A DNA stretch of 64,000 nt from Escherichia phage vB_EcoM_P54: the sequence record PV390658.1; one strand, given 5' to 3'. The stretch's first letter is position 1. Every line of letters starts with the position of its first letter. Below the pieces are notes generated by a model. The model searched no databases and had not been told where the DNA came from. It worked only from the letters and a program-made list of their open reading frames with translations. Below are positions 62,385 through 64,000 of the stretch, in pieces. Made by a program: the position numbers and the translations under genes.

Positions 62385-62623
62385 TACATTTTTCCTGCTC
62401 TTCTAAGTTCGTTGTAAGCAATTTCCTCTTTATACGACCTCTGAATTTCAAGAAATTGTCTCAATGATAATAAATCAGAGAATGTCATAGCAAAGAGTTG
62501 GTCAAGTGTTTCTTTACACCCTTCCATACCATAAATAGCAAGCACAAATTTCATCTCGTCTGCTTCTTCATAGGTTGCCTCTACAGCAGCATCAGTCAGT
62601 GGTGTCTGTAGAGTGTTACCCAT
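62384..62623 (-). CDS. tail assembly chaperone, frameshift extension ORF (79 aa)
   Basis: Lies in the -1 frame of the upstream ORF; that frame is open from the slippery site. Confidence 0.5.
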
Positions 62624-62625
62624 GT

Positions 62626-63024
62626 TTACTGAGAAGTTAGGCTTTTGAAAATGCTTGCTTCGAAAAAACTTCCGAAATTTGCCTCCAGCGCAAATGCTAA
62701 GTAATCAATAAATTCACCATAGTTTGCTTGGAAGTATGTATCAATATTAAGTGGGAAGTCATCAACAGTTGCCCCTTGAAATAATAGGGTAGCCATTTCT
62801 TCAAGGTTAATTTCTTCAATTCTGTCAAAACAAGCTTCAACAAGTTCTTTAAATGGAACCATTGGAGCTTCTTTCTTATCTTTATCAGTCAGACTTGATA
62901 GCATCTGTGCAAAGGTTGGAACAACAATCTTACCCAACTTCATAGACATCTTAATACCATCTCTTGCCCCAAGCAGAACGATATTTACTTTCTTACCATT
63001 AATTACTCTAGATTCTGTTTTCAT
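62626..63024 (-). CDS. tail assembly chaperone (132 aa)
   Basis: Position between tube and tape measure genes; slippery heptamer near its 3-prime end. Confidence 0.55.
   Translation of the reverse strand: MKTESRVINGKKVNIVLLGARDGIKMSMKLGKIVVPTFAQMLSSLTDKDKKEAPMVPFKELVEACFDRIEEINLEEMATLLFQGATVDDFPLNIDTYFQANYGEFIDYLAFALEANFGSFFEASIFKSLTSQ
62662..62668 (-). other. candidate -1 programmed ribosomal frameshift site T_TTT_TTC
   Basis: Heptamer in the 0 frame (AGT TTT TTC) 12 codons before the stop; -1 frame is stop-free into ORF 62384..62623. Confidence 0.5.
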
Positions 63025-63053
63025 TGTGATTCCTTAATACTTTTAAAAGAAAC

Positions 63054-63086
63054 AAAAAAGGGGAAGACCTTTTAAAGTCTCCCCCT
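63054..63086 (-). terminator. hairpin terminator after the tail tube gene
   Basis: A-run then GGGGAAGAC-loop-GTCTCCCC hairpin with one mismatch. Confidence 0.45.
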
Positions 63087-63097
63087 TATAGGATTTA

Positions 63098-63544
63098 TTA
63101 AACACTTGACGCTGGAATTGTTGAAGTGTAGTCTAGCTTCTCACAACCAAAAATCCAAGTTTTAGAGTTCTGGTCACGACCAAGTTCAATCTGTGGTAAT
63201 TCCTGCAACCAAGCATTAATACCAGTTGCCAGAACAGAGCCTGATGGGTCGTAGATTACGAAGTTAGAAGAGATATCTTCTTCAAGTTCCATATTGTCTT
63301 GTTTAGCTTGAATTGCAGAAAGCATCTGGTTAGAGAGAGAAGTCTGCATTAGCTCAATCTCAATAGTACCTGTCTTGTCTGCATTTCTTGTCAGAGCAAC
63401 TTGACCACCTGCACCAACAACTGGTGTGATAAGTGGTGATGTTCTCTGTAGACGTAAGAATGAATCTGGAGCAAAGCCTTCAATAGCAATGCCGTTCCAG
63501 CTACACACAACGTCTTTAGGGGAATATTGCTGATACATAGCCAT
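63098..63544 (-). CDS. putative tail tube protein (148 aa)
   Basis: Size and position upstream of the chaperones and downstream of the sheath-like ORF. Confidence 0.5.
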   Translation of the reverse strand: MAMYQQYSPKDVVCSWNGIAIEGFAPDSFLRLQRTSPLITPVVGAGGQVALTRNADKTGTIEIELMQTSLSNQMLSAIQAKQDNMELEEDISSNFVIYDPSGSVLATGINAWLQELPQIELGRDQNSKTWIFGCEKLDYTSTIPASSV

Positions 63545-63559
63545 TCCAATTTACCTCTA

Positions 63560-64000
63560 TTATTCGTAAGCCACTGTACCTTTCAAGTCAACATCCAAGA
63601 TAGCCCCTGCTAAGATACCTGCGAAGGTAACATCTTTCAGGATACGAGCTTTCTTGTCTGCCAAAGCAACTTGAGAGGCTTTAGGAACATTAACTGTGTA
63701 AGATGACAGGAAGTTTCTGTTGACTGCTCTTTGTAGAGAGGTTTCAATGACTTGACGAATACGGGTAATACCAGTATCATCATAAGTAATCTTACCACCC
63801 TTCTGGTTAATTAGCAAGTCTCTCAGAGAAGTTTTCAGGTCTGATTCCAACCAGTCAACGCCACGGATGATATCAATCCATTCCCCACCAGAAGTAATCC
63901 CTCTACGAACCACTGGAACACCACCATCAAGGTCAATAAAGTTACAGTGACGTGCATCTAAAGCTGACTTCTGAATACTTGTCAGAGGTCTCTTATTAGC
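63560..64000 (-). CDS. partial CDS (C-terminal part), putative tail sheath protein
   Basis: Frame stays open to the window edge upstream of the ORF-track GTG at 63913, so the N-terminus lies outside the window. Confidence 0.45.
   Translation of the reverse strand, partial: ANKRPLTSIQKSALDARHCNFIDLDGGVPVVRRGITSGGEWIDIIRGVDWLESDLKTSLRDLLINQKGGKITYDDTGITRIRQVIETSLQRAVNRNFLSSYTVNVPKASQVALADKKARILKDVTFAGILAGAILDVDLKGTVAYE

Overview
This 64-kb window reads as a contiguous segment of a virulent, tailed dsDNA phage genome (AT-rich, tightly packed, many overlapping start/stop codons, hairpin terminators). No rRNA, tRNA or CRISPR array was found by eye. Layout: (1) 1-1047, two plus-strand ORFs ending at a terminator; (2) 1.1-2.6 kb, an ORF-free region full of short iteron-like repeats, bounded by converging terminators; (3) 2.7-9.2 kb, a leftward array of about 17 small early genes, most preceded by one of two recurring promoter/5-prime-UTR cassettes; (4) 9.7-18 kb leftward: macrodomain-like protein, small Zn-ribbon proteins, an embedded spanin pair, a HAD-like hydrolase, a secreted transglycosylase-like protein, rIIB and rIIA; (5) 18.2-21 kb: a NAMPT-family plus PRPP-synthetase-family gene pair (NAD+ salvage / reconstitution type); (6) 21-39 kb leftward: HNH endonuclease, NrdG, NrdD, glutaredoxin, NrdB, NrdA, MazG-like protein, GIY-YIG nuclease, FEN/RNase H-like exonuclease, putative SSB, primase-helicase, dNMP kinase; (7) 39.3-50.1 kb rightward: family A DNA polymerase, small paralogous genes, a lipoprotein, ATP-dependent DNA ligase, two copies of an unusual GGT-phased structured non-coding module flanking a two-gene cassette, an HTH regulator, DHFR and thymidylate synthase; (8) 50.1-64 kb leftward: contractile-tail genes (two tail fibers with His-rich C-termini, baseplate, tape measure, frameshifted chaperone pair, tube, partial sheath). 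The gene content resembles Felix O1-like myoviruses, but that is from memory, not a search. Function calls rest on motifs I recognised by eye; most small early genes have no assignable function. Several ORF-track starts are TTG/GTG extensions and were moved to the ATG next to a Shine-Dalgarno sequence. Most interesting: a possible ADP-ribose/NAD+ axis (candidate ADP-ribosyltransferase, macrodomain, Prs/NAMPT pair), the duplicated structured RNA-like modules at 44.8 and 46.2 kb, the two repeat arrays at 1.1-2.6 kb and 9.4-9.6 kb, and the palindrome-embedded promoters.
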